A DNA stretch of 63,830 bases, the filler included, from Nitrospinota bacterium (GTDB taxonomy: Bacteria > JADFOP01), in assembly GCA_022562795.1 (NCBI GenBank). It is 5 parts of 4 records of this genome, joined end to end, with 100 filler letters (N's around TTAATTAATTAA, not from the genome) between each part and the next. Parts side by side here need not be neighbours in the genome. Positions count along the whole stretch, not along the records: positions 27,822 to 41,252 come from JADFOP010000004.1; positions 41,353 to 51,374 come from JADFOP010000004.1; 3 more parts are not named here. The stretch is one strand, 5' to 3'. Below are positions 33,204 through 43,183 of the stretch, piece after piece. The translations under genes were made by a program, and so were the position numbers. The notes beneath the pieces were generated by a model that ran no database searches, was not told where the DNA came from, and saw nothing but the letters and a program-made list of their open reading frames with translations. Every line of letters starts with the position of its first letter. Position 1 is the stretch's first letter.

Positions 33204-33359
33204 GTGGATATTTGGGCTTGGGAAGAAGAGTGGTGCCGTAAGATGGAGCAGGCACGAGCCTCTCAGAGGCTCACAAAGGACGACGAAGAGTGCAAGTTTC
33301 CCGATAATTGCGGTTGCGAAATCTGCGGAGAGTACGTTGACATTGGAGGTGAAGGATAA
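33204..33359 (+). CDS. 51-aa Cys-rich microprotein ending YVDIGGEG
   Basis: AGGGGA RBS before GTG 33204; ECKFPDNCGCEICGEYVDIGGEG*. Confidence 0.55.
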   Translation: MDIWAWEEEWCRKMEQARASQRLTKDDEECKFPDNCGCEICGEYVDIGGEG

Positions 33360-33561
33360 GAAAGGATTTATTTATATATGGATTAAATATGTGGGAATTT
33401 ATGGCAATAGACTTGGGGATAAATTATATTTGTGTTTAATGGGGCAATCCTAATTCCCTGTATTTTGAAACTGGTGAAACTCCTGAAGCCAAATTAGAAA
33501 GACCATGATTGCCTACGGTAGTCTGGGAGATATTGAAGACACTAGATAGGAAGGATTGGAA

Positions 33562-33909
33562 ATGGAAGATTTAGTCCAAATGAAGTGTGTAGCATGCCGG
33601 AGAGACGCACCGTCCGTAACTGATGAGGAGATATTGGAATTCAGTCCGCAAGTCCCTCAATGGGAGGTAACGGAAAAAGATGGGATCAAAAGGTTGGGAC
33701 GTGCGTACGAGTTCAAGCATTTCTCCGATGCACTATCGTTCACTAACAAGGTGGGAGAATTAGCTGAGGAGGAGGGTCATCATCCCGCTCTCATAACCGA
33801 ATGGGGTAGGGTTGCAGTCGAATGGTGGACACACAAGATAAAGGGGTTGCATCGTAACGATTTCATCATGGCGGCAAAAACGGACGAGCTGTTTACAGTA
33901 TTCGAGTAA
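33562..33909 (+). CDS. phhB: Pterin-4-alpha-carbinolamine dehydratase
   Basis: CVAC, AEEEGHHP, WWTHKIKGLHRNDFIMAAK. Confidence 0.93.
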   Translation: MEDLVQMKCVACRRDAPSVTDEEILEFSPQVPQWEVTEKDGIKRLGRAYEFKHFSDALSFTNKVGELAEEEGHHPALITEWGRVAVEWWTHKIKGLHRNDFIMAAKTDELFTVFE

Positions 33910-34104
33910 CGTTTTTATTCCCGATAACGCTCCCCTAGGGCAACCCCATGAGACGTCTACCCAAACCATCACGGTTCTGCGTAAGGGGCAGCGTTCTTTT
34001 TGTTCTTGTCTCATAATGTGGTTTGCACCTGTTTCGAGAGGACTTGAACTTCCGAAGGCCATCGACCATCTTTTTGGGTAATCCACGACGTTAAGAGGGA
34101 AAAG

Positions 34105-34356
34105 ATGTCGGTGGCAACTGAAATCAAGACGACGCTTGAGTCTGCTCTACCCGATGCGACAGTAATTGTGGAAGACTTAACCGGCGGGGGAGACCATTTT
34201 CAAGCGGTGGTGGTTTCCTCCATTTTTGAGGGCAAAGGCTTGGTGGAGCAACACCAATTGGTGTATGGAGCCTTAAGCGAAGCCCTGGAAGCCGACCGCA
34301 TTCACGCCCTAGCCCTGAAAACATACACACCGGAAGAGTGGGATCGTCGCCAGTAG
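34105..34356 (+). CDS. BolA family protein
   Basis: [11 protein letters not shown]...[18 protein letters not shown]. Confidence 0.95.
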   Translation: MSVATEIKTTLESALPDATVIVEDLTGGGDHFQAVVVSSIFEGKGLVEQHQLVYGALSEALEADRIHALALKTYTPEEWDRRQ

Positions 34357-34415
34357 GAGGGATGCCCACCAGTTAAGAAGAAATGCAGGCTATTTGGAAA
34401 AAGGAGGAACGGTTA

Positions 34416-34739
34416 ATGACTGACGACCTTATGGCGCGTTTTAAGGATGAGACGGAGTCGAACGAAGTCATCATCTACATGAAGGGGAGCAAAGAGTTTC
34501 CCCAGTGCGGTTTTTCAGCCTCCACTGTACAGGTGTTTCAGTCCCTGGGACATCCGTTCGCCACCGTCAATGTTTTGGATGACCCCGCCGTTTGGGAAGG
34601 GATCAAGGTCTTCAGCGAATGGCCCACCATTCCTCAGGTCTTCATCGGAGGGAAATTCATCGGTGGGTGTGATATCGTCCACGAGCTTCATGAGCGAAAC
34701 GAACTCATGCCGATGGTGAAGGCCGCGTTCAAAGAGTAA
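34416..34739 (+). CDS. grxD: Monothiol glutaredoxin (Grx4)
   Basis: MKG...PQCGFS, WPTIPQ, GGCDI. Confidence 0.95.
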   Translation: MTDDLMARFKDETESNEVIIYMKGSKEFPQCGFSASTVQVFQSLGHPFATVNVLDDPAVWEGIKVFSEWPTIPQVFIGGKFIGGCDIVHELHERNELMPMVKAAFKE

Positions 34740-35257
34740 ACCGAGCCATCTTTTCATGCAGAAGTGCCTTTCGCCCACAAGGAGGCCCCGGCTGTAAGGG
34801 CTGTAATCTGTTCTACATCAATGATTATAGTCATCGATGGACATTCCAAGAGTAAAGTCTATCTAAAAAGAAAACTGGCCTCACCTCCAATGGGTAATCA
34901 TTTAATCCAGGGTTGATATTTCACGATTTAGTAGTCACCCATGACCGGTGGGGCTCAGGGTCAATTTCAGGTGAAATATGAACTTTTCGGCTGGGTGGCC
35001 AGAGTTAAGATTACTGGGATTATCGTAAATTCCGAGCGACTTCCTGTAGGCGCTACCTCCAATCGCTAATAGTCCCCAAGGCTAGGTGCTAGGACGAGTG
35101 ACCGCCTCGGGCAGGACGTTTCAAGGGCCCGGTAATCCCCTATTCTCATTATTCACACTGATTCATGTATGATGTTTTCATCAGATTTCGTTGATTTGCA
35201 ACACATTGAGCCAACCCAAGAAAACGCATCCTGCTGAAATAACTGGGCCTATGAAGA

Positions 35258-35273
35258 TGGCACATAATTTGCT
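35258..35273 (+). promoter_or_regulatory. sigma54 promoter upstream of the flp-like gene
   Basis: TGGCAC-ATAAT-TTGCT. Confidence 0.75.
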
Positions 35274-35310
35274 GTATTTATAATTGCGCTAGCCCTATGG
35301 GTCCGAACGA

Positions 35311-35511
35311 ATGCGACACATAAGGGAAAAGGAAGGGAAAAACCACCTCGCGAAGCTCATCCACGATTACGAGGGATTCTCGTCGATGGAGTACGGCATA
35401 CTCGTTGGCCTCATTGCGGCGGTCATCGTCGCCTCCGTCACGCTCTTTGGAGCCTCAACGGGAGACCTCTTTGGCAAAGCCGGAACTTCGATCGGTGGCA
35501 CGACGAAGTGA
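35311..35511 (+). CDS. Flp family type IVb pilin
   Basis: DYEG|FSSMEYGILVGLIAAVIVASVTLFG; Flp G|xxxxEY motif. Confidence 0.75.
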   Translation: MRHIREKEGKNHLAKLIHDYEGFSSMEYGILVGLIAAVIVASVTLFGASTGDLFGKAGTSIGGTTK

Positions 35512-35526
35512 TAGGGTGGAGGGTGC

Positions 35527-35907
35527 ATGATACCAAAGAAAGTCCTGATTGTTGACGACGAGCCTGATTTCTGCGATGCGCTTCGAGACTTTCTAAGGAG
35601 CAAGGGGTTCGAGGTGGCTATAGCCCTCAGCGGCGAGGAGGCTTTGCCGGCTTACATGCAGGAGAAACCCGACGTGGTGCTGCTGGACATCCGAATGCCG
35701 GGCATGGATGGCCTGGAGACACTGCGGGAGCTCAAGGTCCTCGACCCGGGGGCGAACGCCATCATGGTCACCGCCATCGAAGACGATGAGTTTGTCAAGC
35801 GTGCTATGGTTGAGGGGGCCCTTGACTACATCACCAAGCCTGTCGACCATGACTATCTAGTGCTAGCTCTCTTAACGAAAACCGGCCCTTGGGGAAGCGA
35901 TGAATAG
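35527..35907 (+). CDS. Single-domain response regulator
   Basis: VLIVDDE, LLDIRMPGMDG, MVTA, DYITKP. Confidence 0.92.
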   Translation: MIPKKVLIVDDEPDFCDALRDFLRSKGFEVAIALSGEEALPAYMQEKPDVVLLDIRMPGMDGLETLRELKVLDPGANAIMVTAIEDDEFVKRAMVEGALDYITKPVDHDYLVLALLTKTGPWGSDE

Positions 35908-36121
35908 TGCCGATAATGCGCCTCGATTCCAAGAAGCAGCCGATCGGGTGTAGCATCTTCAAGGCTTCAATTCGGTATCTGCCACCTGTCCAAAAGGCAG
36001 ACTTCACGATTTAGTTGCCCCTCATGCCCCTCTGCATCCAGGGGCAATAACTGATGAAATATTAACTATTCCGCCTTATAGCCTGAGTTAAGATTTCCTG
36101 GAAAAGTCTGCAAAAATGATT

Positions 36122-36195
36122 TGGCTGGGGAGGGAGGATTCGAACCTCCACAACCAGATCCAGAGTCTGGCGTCCTGCCATTAGACGACTCCCCA
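36122..36195 (-). tRNA. tRNA-Gln(CTG)
   Basis: TGGGGAGTCGTCTAATGGCAGGACGCCAGACT-CTG-GATCTGG...GTTCGAATCC...CCCCAGCCA; downstream of gltX. Confidence 0.97.
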
Positions 36196-36249
36196 GCCGT
36201 CGTGTCGAGGGCTTAGAATAGCGCAAAGAGAGAGCAGGTCAAGGATAAA

Positions 36250-37689
36250 TCAGGAAGGGGAGGCGGCCCGGCGCTCCTCCATCCACTCAACGGCCTCGCT
36301 CAGCCGGGCGAGAACGACCTCTCTGCCCAGGAGCGCCATGACCTCGAAGATGCCGGGGCTCACCGTTTTGCCCGTAAGCGCCACCCGACACGGCTGGGCC
36401 ACCTTTCCGAGCTTCAGGCCGCGCTCTTCTGCGACCGACATGATAATCTTTTCGATTGCCTCCTCCTCGAAGGACTTTAACGCTTCGAGCTTCCCGATGA
36501 GCTCCTCGAAGATCGGGATGAGGCCCGGGGTCAGAAATTTCCGCGCCGCATCCTCGTCGTAGAGCACCTCATCGGCGTAAAACATCGATACTCCCTGCGC
36601 CACCTCGACGAGGGTTCGGCTCCTCTCCTGCCAGGAGCGGACGGCCCCTAGCGCCTTTTTCTCGTCGGCGCGAAAGCGGTCCACCTCAACCCCCGCCGAG
36701 GGCAGAAAGGGTTCGATGAGCGTGCTCAAGCGATCTGGCTCCGCTTCTCTCAGGTAGTGGGTATTGAGCCAGAGCAGTTTATCGGGGTTATAGATGACGG
36801 GGGATTTGGTCATCCCCTCGAGGTTGAAATGCGTGACCATCTCTTCGCGGCTGAAAATCTCCTGGTCGCCGTGGGACCATCCGAGTCGAACCAGGTAGTT
36901 GATGAGCGCCTCGGGGAGGTATCCCATCTCCTTGTATTCTAAGACGCTTGCGGCCCCGTGCCGCTTGCTGAGCTTGCCCTTGTCAGGCCCCAGAATCAAG
37001 GACTGGTGGGCGAAGGTGGGAAGGGGGTAGCCGAGCATCTCGTAGATGTGGACCTGTTTCGGGGTGTTGGCCAGGTGGTCGTCGCCCCGGATGACGTGGG
37101 TAATCCCCATCGTGGCGTCATCTACGACGACGACGAAGTTGTAGGTCGGCGTGCCGTCCGAGCGGGCGACGATGAGGTCGTCGAGCTGGATGTTCTCAGT
37201 GGTTATGGCTCCGCGGATGAGGTCTTCAATGGTGGTCGCGCCCTGACGAGGCATACGAAGACGCCAGGCCGGCGGCCGCCCAGCCGGAGGGGGGCCTGTG
37301 CGGTCGCGGCAGCGGCCGTCGTAGCGGGGCGTCTCGCCCTTCTCCAGTGCTTTCTTGCGGCGGTCCTCCAGCTCCTCGGGGAGGCAGTAGCACGGATAGA
37401 GGTGGCCGGCCGCCTTAAGGCGCTCCATGTGCTCTGCGTATATGTGGCCTCGCTCGCTCTGGCGGTAGGGGCCTTCGTCCCAGGTGAGGCCGAGCCAGGA
37501 GAGGCTATCGAGGATCGATTGCTCGTGCTCCGCCGTGGAGCGCTCGACGTCGGTATCCTCGATTCTAAGGACGAAGACGCCCTCGTGGTGGCGGGCGAAG
37601 AGCCAGTTGAACAAGGCCGTCCGCGCGACACCTATGTGAAGGGCCCCCGTGGGGCTGGGGGCGAATCGTATCCGAACGGTATCATTCAT
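36250..37689 (-). CDS. gltX: Glutamate--tRNA ligase
   Basis: RFAPSPTGALHIG, RIEDTD, KLSKRHG. Confidence 0.98.
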   Translation of the reverse strand: MNDTVRIRFAPSPTGALHIGVARTALFNWLFARHHEGVFVLRIEDTDVERSTAEHEQSILDSLSWLGLTWDEGPYRQSERGHIYAEHMERLKAAGHLYPCYCLPEELEDRRKKALEKGETPRYDGRCRDRTGPPPAGRPPAWRLRMPRQGATTIEDLIRGAITTENIQLDDLIVARSDGTPTYNFVVVVDDATMGITHVIRGDDHLANTPKQVHIYEMLGYPLPTFAHQSLILGPDKGKLSKRHGAASVLEYKEMGYLPEALINYLVRLGWSHGDQEIFSREEMVTHFNLEGMTKSPVIYNPDKLLWLNTHYLREAEPDRLSTLIEPFLPSAGVEVDRFRADEKKALGAVRSWQERSRTLVEVAQGVSMFYADEVLYDEDAARKFLTPGLIPIFEELIGKLEALKSFEEEAIEKIIMSVAEERGLKLGKVAQPCRVALTGKTVSPGIFEVMALLGREVVLARLSEAVEWMEERRAASPS

Positions 37690-37737
37690 AAAAACAAAAT
37701 CTTAACTCTTAAATCATGAGATTATGGTTGATGTAAT

Positions 37738-38601
37738 TCATCGGATGAAGATGCCGGCGTACCCGACGACGTAGTCTGTCGAGCCGCTTACGGCGTACGA
37801 GTCTGAGTACTTCGCCAGAATTGCCTCACTCGCCCCCAAAAGGTTGGCGGCGACGAGGACGGCTGCCGTCGGGCCGTAGCCGCACATGGTTACCCGATGT
37901 TCCGCGACTTTCCGCAACAGACCATCGGGGTCGCGTGCCAGTATCCGCTCGATGACCATGGGATCGTTCGCCTTAAGGCGCTCGTAGTCACGCTCCTCGT
38001 GGCTTAGGTCGGTGCTGGCGACGAGAAGGGTCGGTTGACCCGCCTCCTCTATAGCTTCGGCGCAGGCAGAGCCCACATCGCGGCATACTTCCGCGTCGGC
38101 CCTGTGGAGGGCGATGGGGACGATCCGCAGATCCTTTTGAAAATGGTGGAGAAAGGGGATCTGCACTTCGAGCGAGTGCTCGTTTTGGTGCGCCCGGGGA
38201 TCGTCGCGGAGGGTGCGCGAGCGCTTCAGGATGGCTTTAGCGAGCGGCTCGTCGATGGGCACCTCCCCCATGGGCATGGACCACACTCCCTCCGTCATGA
38301 TGGCGGAATCGGCCCCGGCCCCCGCATGGTTGACCCCTACAACGACGACGCTCATTGGGATTCGGACGCGGCTGTAGACGGCCCCTTGGACGGCCCCGGA
38401 GTAGGCGTATCCCGCGTGGGGCGCGACGACCGCGATTGCCGGAACCGGCTCCGCGTCGGTCTCTACGCAGCGCGCAATCTCCAGCGCCAACGCCCCGGGA
38501 GAGTCGGAGTAGAATTGGCCGGCGACGGCGGGCTTCCGAATCAAAGCGTCCTCCTGATTATGTTCGGGGGCGGGTCCCTTTCCGCTTGGAGCGGGCTCCA
38601 T
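37738..38601 (-). CDS. AmmeMemoRadiSam system protein B (MEMO1 family); start may be TTG 38544
   Basis: RKPAVAGQFY, PHAGYAYSG, EHSLEVQIPFL, ASTDLSH, TMCG, VVGYA. Confidence 0.92.
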   Translation of the reverse strand: MEPAPSGKGPAPEHNQEDALIRKPAVAGQFYSDSPGALALEIARCVETDAEPVPAIAVVAPHAGYAYSGAVQGAVYSRVRIPMSVVVVGVNHAGAGADSAIMTEGVWSMPMGEVPIDEPLAKAILKRSRTLRDDPRAHQNEHSLEVQIPFLHHFQKDLRIVPIALHRADAEVCRDVGSACAEAIEEAGQPTLLVASTDLSHEERDYERLKANDPMVIERILARDPDGLLRKVAEHRVTMCGYGPTAAVLVAANLLGASEAILAKYSDSYAVSGSTDYVVGYAGIFIR

Positions 38602-38735
38602 TTCGCTTGGAGCGGGCTCGCCTCTGCATTTAACCTGAATATACCACGTCCGAACCCCGTTCCGAAGCCTCTTGACTCGCCTTAGTGCAGAGGTGTAGCA
38701 TTTTTCCGGGAATTTCCGATTTAGGTTTTTTCGAT

Positions 38736-39152
38736 ATGATCTACCTCTTGGCGATTTTCATCGGCATACCCCTTATTGAGCTGGCATTGCTCATCAAGCT
38801 GGGCGGGGCTATCGGTATGGCTAAAACCCTCCTCATTGTTGTGGGTACGGGGATTGCCGGCGCGGCCCTGGCCCGCTCGCAGGGCTTCGCCATTCTCAGC
38901 CGCATCCAGGTCGACCTCGAAGCCGGGCACTTGCCGACCGACGACCTCGCCAACGGGGCCTGCGTCCTGGCAGGCGGGCTTTTGCTCCTCACGCCCGGCC
39001 TCTTGACCGACACGGTTGGATTTGCCCTTCTCCTCCCCCCGACCCGCGAGATTATAAAAGAGGCCGCCAAGCGCTATGTCCAGGGAAAGCTCGATCGCGG
39101 GGAGGTCATTGTCGTTTCACCGCGTACTGGGCGTAGTGACAGGCTAAGGTAG
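38736..39152 (+). CDS. fxsA: FxsA family membrane protein
   Basis: FIGIPLIELALLI, ARSQG, LLLTPGLLTD..G..LL.P.TR. Confidence 0.9.
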   Translation: MIYLLAIFIGIPLIELALLIKLGGAIGMAKTLLIVVGTGIAGAALARSQGFAILSRIQVDLEAGHLPTDDLANGACVLAGGLLLLTPGLLTDTVGFALLLPPTREIIKEAAKRYVQGKLDRGEVIVVSPRTGRSDRLR

Positions 39153-40409
39153 GGCGAGGCGGGCCTTTACAGCTTCGACGAGGTTTTCCAGGGAAACCTC
39201 CTCCTGAGAGCCGGCGGCCATGTCGCGCAGCAGCGCCACTCCCCGGGAGAGCTCGTCGCCTCCAAGAATCAAGGTGTGGGTGGCTTGCGAGCGATCGGCC
39301 AGTTTCATCTGGGCCTTGAGGCTTCGGCCCTCATACTCTCTCTCCACCCTTATCGATGCGTTTCTTAGGGCGTGCATAATCTCGAAGGCCGCCTCCTCGG
39401 CCTCCCCCCCGACGGTGGCTATGAATAGGTGGGGTGTTCCTTCGTCCACTGGAAGGCTGGAGCGGTCGAGGAGGCTCACCAGCCTCTCGATGCCAATGGC
39501 AAACCCGATGGCCGGCGTGGGAGGCCCCCCCAGCTTCTCCACAAGCCCATCGTAGCGGCCTCCGCCGCAGACGGCGTTTTGCGCTCCCAGCCGAGAGCTC
39601 AGAACCTCAAACGTCGTGCGGGTGTAATAGTCGAGGCCGCGCACCAGGTGCGGGTCCAAGTTGTAGGAGATACCCACCTTGTCCAAGTTGGCCTGAACCT
39701 TATCGAAGTGGTCCCGACAGGCCTCGCAGAGGTATTGGTCGATGGTAGGGGCCGCCTCCTTAAGCTCCTGGCATCCGGGATTCTTACAGTCGAAGACCCG
39801 AAGCGGGGACTGCTCGACGCGCCGCTTGCAATCCTCGCAGAGGGCTTCTTGCCGGGGTCGGAGGAACTCCGTGAGCGCTTCTTTGTAGAGGGGCTGACAG
39901 TTCTCGTCCCCCAGAGAATTAAGGGCCACTTCCAGCCCGCCGACCTGAAGGCGCCTAAAGAGCGTATCGACCAGGACGAGCAACTCCGCGTCGACCGCCG
40001 GATTGGCCGAGCCGAAGGCCTCGGCGTTCATTTGGTAGAACTGCCTGAAGCGGCCCGCCTGGGGCCGCTCGTAGCGGAACATCGGGCCGATGGTAAAGAC
40101 CTTGAGGAGCCGGGGCGGATGAGACAGGTTATGTTCAATATAGGCTCGGACGACCGAAGCTGTGGCCTCCGGACGAAGGGTAATGGAATCGCCCCCCTTG
40201 TCCTCGAAGGTATACATCTCCTTTTGAACGATGTCGGTCGACTCGCCCAGGGAGCGGGCGAAGAGGCTAGTGTGCTCGAAGATGGGAATCTTGACCTCAG
40301 CGTATCCAAAGGCTTTGAACAGCCCGCGCGCTTCGGCCTCCACCACCTCCCACAGCTCTACCTCGCCCGGAAGGATATCTTTTACTCCCCGCACGGCTCG
40401 AAGGGTCAT
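39144..40409 (-). CDS. hisS: Histidine--tRNA ligase
   Basis: RGVKDILP, LRPEATA, FRYERPQAGR, LVRGLDYY, GGGRYD. Confidence 0.98.
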   Translation of the reverse strand: MTLRAVRGVKDILPGEVELWEVVEAEARGLFKAFGYAEVKIPIFEHTSLFARSLGESTDIVQKEMYTFEDKGGDSITLRPEATASVVRAYIEHNLSHPPRLLKVFTIGPMFRYERPQAGRFRQFYQMNAEAFGSANPAVDAELLVLVDTLFRRLQVGGLEVALNSLGDENCQPLYKEALTEFLRPRQEALCEDCKRRVEQSPLRVFDCKNPGCQELKEAAPTIDQYLCEACRDHFDKVQANLDKVGISYNLDPHLVRGLDYYTRTTFEVLSSRLGAQNAVCGGGRYDGLVEKLGGPPTPAIGFAIGIERLVSLLDRSSLPVDEGTPHLFIATVGGEAEEAAFEIMHALRNASIRVEREYEGRSLKAQMKLADRSQATHTLILGGDELSRGVALLRDMAAGSQEEVSLENLVEAVKARLALP

Positions 40410-40416
40410 CGGCGCC

Positions 40417-41157
40417 TCAGTCCAAGGACTCGAGGAGCTGCGGGAGAAGCTCCCCGGCCTTCCCAAAGAGTGAGGCATTGACGATGGAGGAGATGGGCGT
40501 CGGCTCCAAATTGACCTCAAGGACGGTGGCGCCCTGCTGAAGCGCCATGTCAGGGAAGCTGGCCGACGGCTGGACAACGGCGCTCGTTCCCACGACGAGG
40601 AGGAAATCGCAATCATCAATGGCCTGGAGGCTCTGATTGAGGATGTTCGGGTCGAGGGATTCGCCGAACCATACGATGTGGGGCCTGAGCATCGCGCCAC
40701 AGGAGCAGTAGGGCGGGATGGCCTGAATAGGGACCTCGCGGTTCTCGGCCACCGTGCCTTCAGCCAAGCAGCGCACATTCCAGATGTTGCCGTGGAGCTC
40801 GAGCATGCGCTGGCTTCCGGCCCTTTGGTGGAGGCCGTCGATGTTTTGAGTAATGAGGGTGAACGTCGGCGAGCGCTCCTCGAGGGCCACAATTGCCAGA
40901 TGGGCGGGGTTTGGCTCTAGGGGGGCGATGAGCCCGCGGCGCCAGTCGTACCACTCCCATACGAGGTTCGGGTCTTTGTTGAACGCCTCGGGGGTCGCCA
41001 ACTCCTGAGGGCTGTAGTTGCGCCAGAGGCCCTCTTTGCCTCGAAATGTTGGAACGCCGCTCTCGGCAGAGACCCCGGCCCCGGTGAGCACGACCACGGA
41101 GCGAGCATCCCTCAGGGCATGGATGGTATCGTGGGAGAGGTCCAAGGGGGTGGGCAT
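40417..41157 (-). CDS. cobB: NAD-dependent protein deacylase (Sir2 family)
   Basis: TGAGVSAESGVPTFRG, TQNIDGLH, HG, RPHIVWFGE, VGTS. Confidence 0.93.
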   Translation of the reverse strand: MPTPLDLSHDTIHALRDARSVVVLTGAGVSAESGVPTFRGKEGLWRNYSPQELATPEAFNKDPNLVWEWYDWRRGLIAPLEPNPAHLAIVALEERSPTFTLITQNIDGLHQRAGSQRMLELHGNIWNVRCLAEGTVAENREVPIQAIPPYCSCGAMLRPHIVWFGESLDPNILNQSLQAIDDCDFLLVVGTSAVVQPSASFPDMALQQGATVLEVNLEPTPISSIVNASLFGKAGELLPQLLESLD

Positions 41158-41252
41158 CGTCAACACTCCGTGAATATTGATGCAAACGGGGTGTGGCCCT
41201 TTGGTAGCATAAAGGCGGGGGCGATGTCAAATGAGCCGGCCTTATTGACGCT

Positions 41253-41352
41253 NNNNNNNNNNNNNNNNNNNNNNNNNNNNNNNNNNNNNNNNNNNNTTAA
41301 TTAATTAANNNNNNNNNNNNNNNNNNNNNNNNNNNNNNNNNNNNNNNNNNNN
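41253..41352. other. Artificial contig linker
   Basis: N-TTAATTAATTAA-N. Confidence 0.97.
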
Positions 41353-41550
41353 ATTTATCCATAATAAAATAAATCCTCTCGCCGAGCACATTATAGGCAC
41401 AAGTAGGTGACCGGTCAACGAGGTCGCCCGCATTAGGGTCAAAATACATTGAAAGATGATGTATCTTAGAGTAAGCTTGATTTTCTATATCCAAGGATTA
41501 TCGAAGGGTATGTTCGCCCTTTCTCGATGTTTGCTAGACAAGGAGGGCCC

Positions 41551-42384
41551 ATGAGAAGACATAAACGAGAGTGGTGCAGACCGGTAATTCTTCTTGCCCT
41601 TTTTCTCGGATGCCTGGCCATACCCCCTGCGGTTATGGCAGCAAGTGTGGACGATCTCATCTTGAGCCTCGAGCAAGGTGGTCAGGATCAGAAGCTCAAT
41701 TCTATCCGCCGTTTAGGCTCCCTTAGAGACGCCAGGGCGCTTAGACCCCTCTTGAATTCCCTCCAAGACCGTTCCGATGACCTAGTCCGCAGAGAGTCGG
41801 CCCGGGCTCTCGGACTGATAGGTGACAAACGGGCCGTTCCCGTTCTGGTGACCCGCCTAAAAGAAGAGCGGGTGGCGGTTGTCAGGGCCAATATCGCTGA
41901 AGCTCTCGGCAATCTGAAGGACCCCCGATCTGTCGAAGCCCTCGTTAAGGCAACGGAGGACTCCGACCTCCTCTGGATTCGCCTTTACGCCGCCTGGGCG
42001 CTGGGAGAGATAAGGGACGGCCGAGCCATTGCCCCCCTCCTGAATATGTTTGGCACTGCTGAGCATGTCTTTATCCACAACGAGGCCAAGATCGCTCTTA
42101 TCAAGAGCGCAGAAGTCTGGAAGAAAGTTGAGAAGGGAGATACGACACTCGTCTACGGCGCCATCAAGGCAAGGAAACGAATCAAAACCCTCAAGCGGTT
42201 TCTAATTGAAATGCTCACCGACCCCAATGACGGGATTCGCCTAATAGCTGTTAAGGCGTTGGGGAGGCATGCAGACGCTGAGGGGGTTGAGTACCTGAGG
42301 CGGGTTGCGGTGAGGGATACCTCCCGTAATGTCCGTAAGGCCGCTAAAATAGGACTGGCAAAGCTCGGCTACAAGCTAGATTGA
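41551..42384 (+). CDS. Exported HEAT-repeat (PBS lyase-like) protein
   Basis: Signal peptide; repeats VR..AA.ALG.IGD.RAV..L. Confidence 0.85.
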   Translation: MRRHKREWCRPVILLALFLGCLAIPPAVMAASVDDLILSLEQGGQDQKLNSIRRLGSLRDARALRPLLNSLQDRSDDLVRRESARALGLIGDKRAVPVLVTRLKEERVAVVRANIAEALGNLKDPRSVEALVKATEDSDLLWIRLYAAWALGEIRDGRAIAPLLNMFGTAEHVFIHNEAKIALIKSAEVWKKVEKGDTTLVYGAIKARKRIKTLKRFLIEMLTDPNDGIRLIAVKALGRHADAEGVEYLRRVAVRDTSRNVRKAAKIGLAKLGYKLD

Positions 42385-42480
42385 GAGAGCGCAAGCCTCT
42401 AAACACTCTCTGGATGCTATCCCTTTAGGGGGGGAATTTAGAGCCGGCTTGCTGTAACAAAAGCAGAGAGAAAGGACCCG

Positions 42481-43068
42481 TTGAGCGTGCGTCGACATTC
42501 AAGAGCCCTAGTGGTATGTGGTTTCATATGCCTGGCGATTCCGGCTCTAGGCTACGCTGGCGATCCATTGCCAGGACCCCAGGACCCATTGCCCTCACGC
42601 CTGCCTTTGTTGGATGAGTCGGCTCTGGAAAAGTTCGGCGGCTCCTTACAAAGCCAATCTACCGGGCCCGTCCTCGATGAAGAATATCCGCCGGGCACCC
42701 TCATTCCCCTCGAAACAAAGAACCTCAGATATTTTTCATACTTTGCAAGGATCCAACGCAGCATCAACCAGTCATACTATTATCCTAAAGAAGGCGCCAG
42801 CGAGCTTCAAAATGGGCTAGTATCGATTAGCTTTGAAATTAATCGGGATGGTAGCTTGGGGAAGCTAAAGGTTATAGGGTCTTCGAGAAAGGAAATCCTC
42901 GACAAGGCGGCCGTGACCATCCTCCAAAACGCCGCCCCCTTCTCCCAAATTCCGTCCAGAATTAACCATGCCCCCTTAAAAGTTGTGACCAATATACTCT
43001 TCATCCCTTCCCAGGAAGCGGTTCAACGACAACAAGGTTTAGATTTGCTTTCCATCCCCCTTGACTGA
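42481..43068 (+). CDS. TonB C-terminal domain protein
   Basis: YF.RI...I...YYYP, G.V.ISF.I.RDGSL, SS...ILDKAA, AAPF. Confidence 0.8.
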   Translation: MSVRRHSRALVVCGFICLAIPALGYAGDPLPGPQDPLPSRLPLLDESALEKFGGSLQSQSTGPVLDEEYPPGTLIPLETKNLRYFSYFARIQRSINQSYYYPKEGASELQNGLVSISFEINRDGSLGKLKVIGSSRKEILDKAAVTILQNAAPFSQIPSRINHAPLKVVTNILFIPSQEAVQRQQGLDLLSIPLD

Positions 43069-43183
43069 TGCTCAACTTCGCAGGGACTTGAGGTGTTCAC
43101 CCGAGCATGGTACACTTGTAACCAATACCGCTTAAATAATGCTCAATCGTTTTATCACAGGACGTCCGCCGGAGGATGACAGA

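Larger units (their letters stand above)
34920..36095 (+). repeat. Diverged ungapped ~93-bp direct repeat (34920-35012 and 36003-36095)
   Basis: Shared blocks TTCACGATTTAGT, CATG, CAGGG.CAAT, TGAAATAT.AACT.TTC, GCC.GAGTTAAGATT at identical spacing. Confidence 0.75.

Noticed and set aside
34919-34945. FHDL read as a tyrosine integrase motif
   Set aside because: It is not followed by RH and stops follow; no other integrase motifs are present.
39144-40892. Apparent N-terminal extensions of HisS, UvrB (to 56121) and RuvC
   Set aside because: The ORF caller used upstream starts overlapping neighbouring genes; canonical starts are at 40409, 55653 and 21429.
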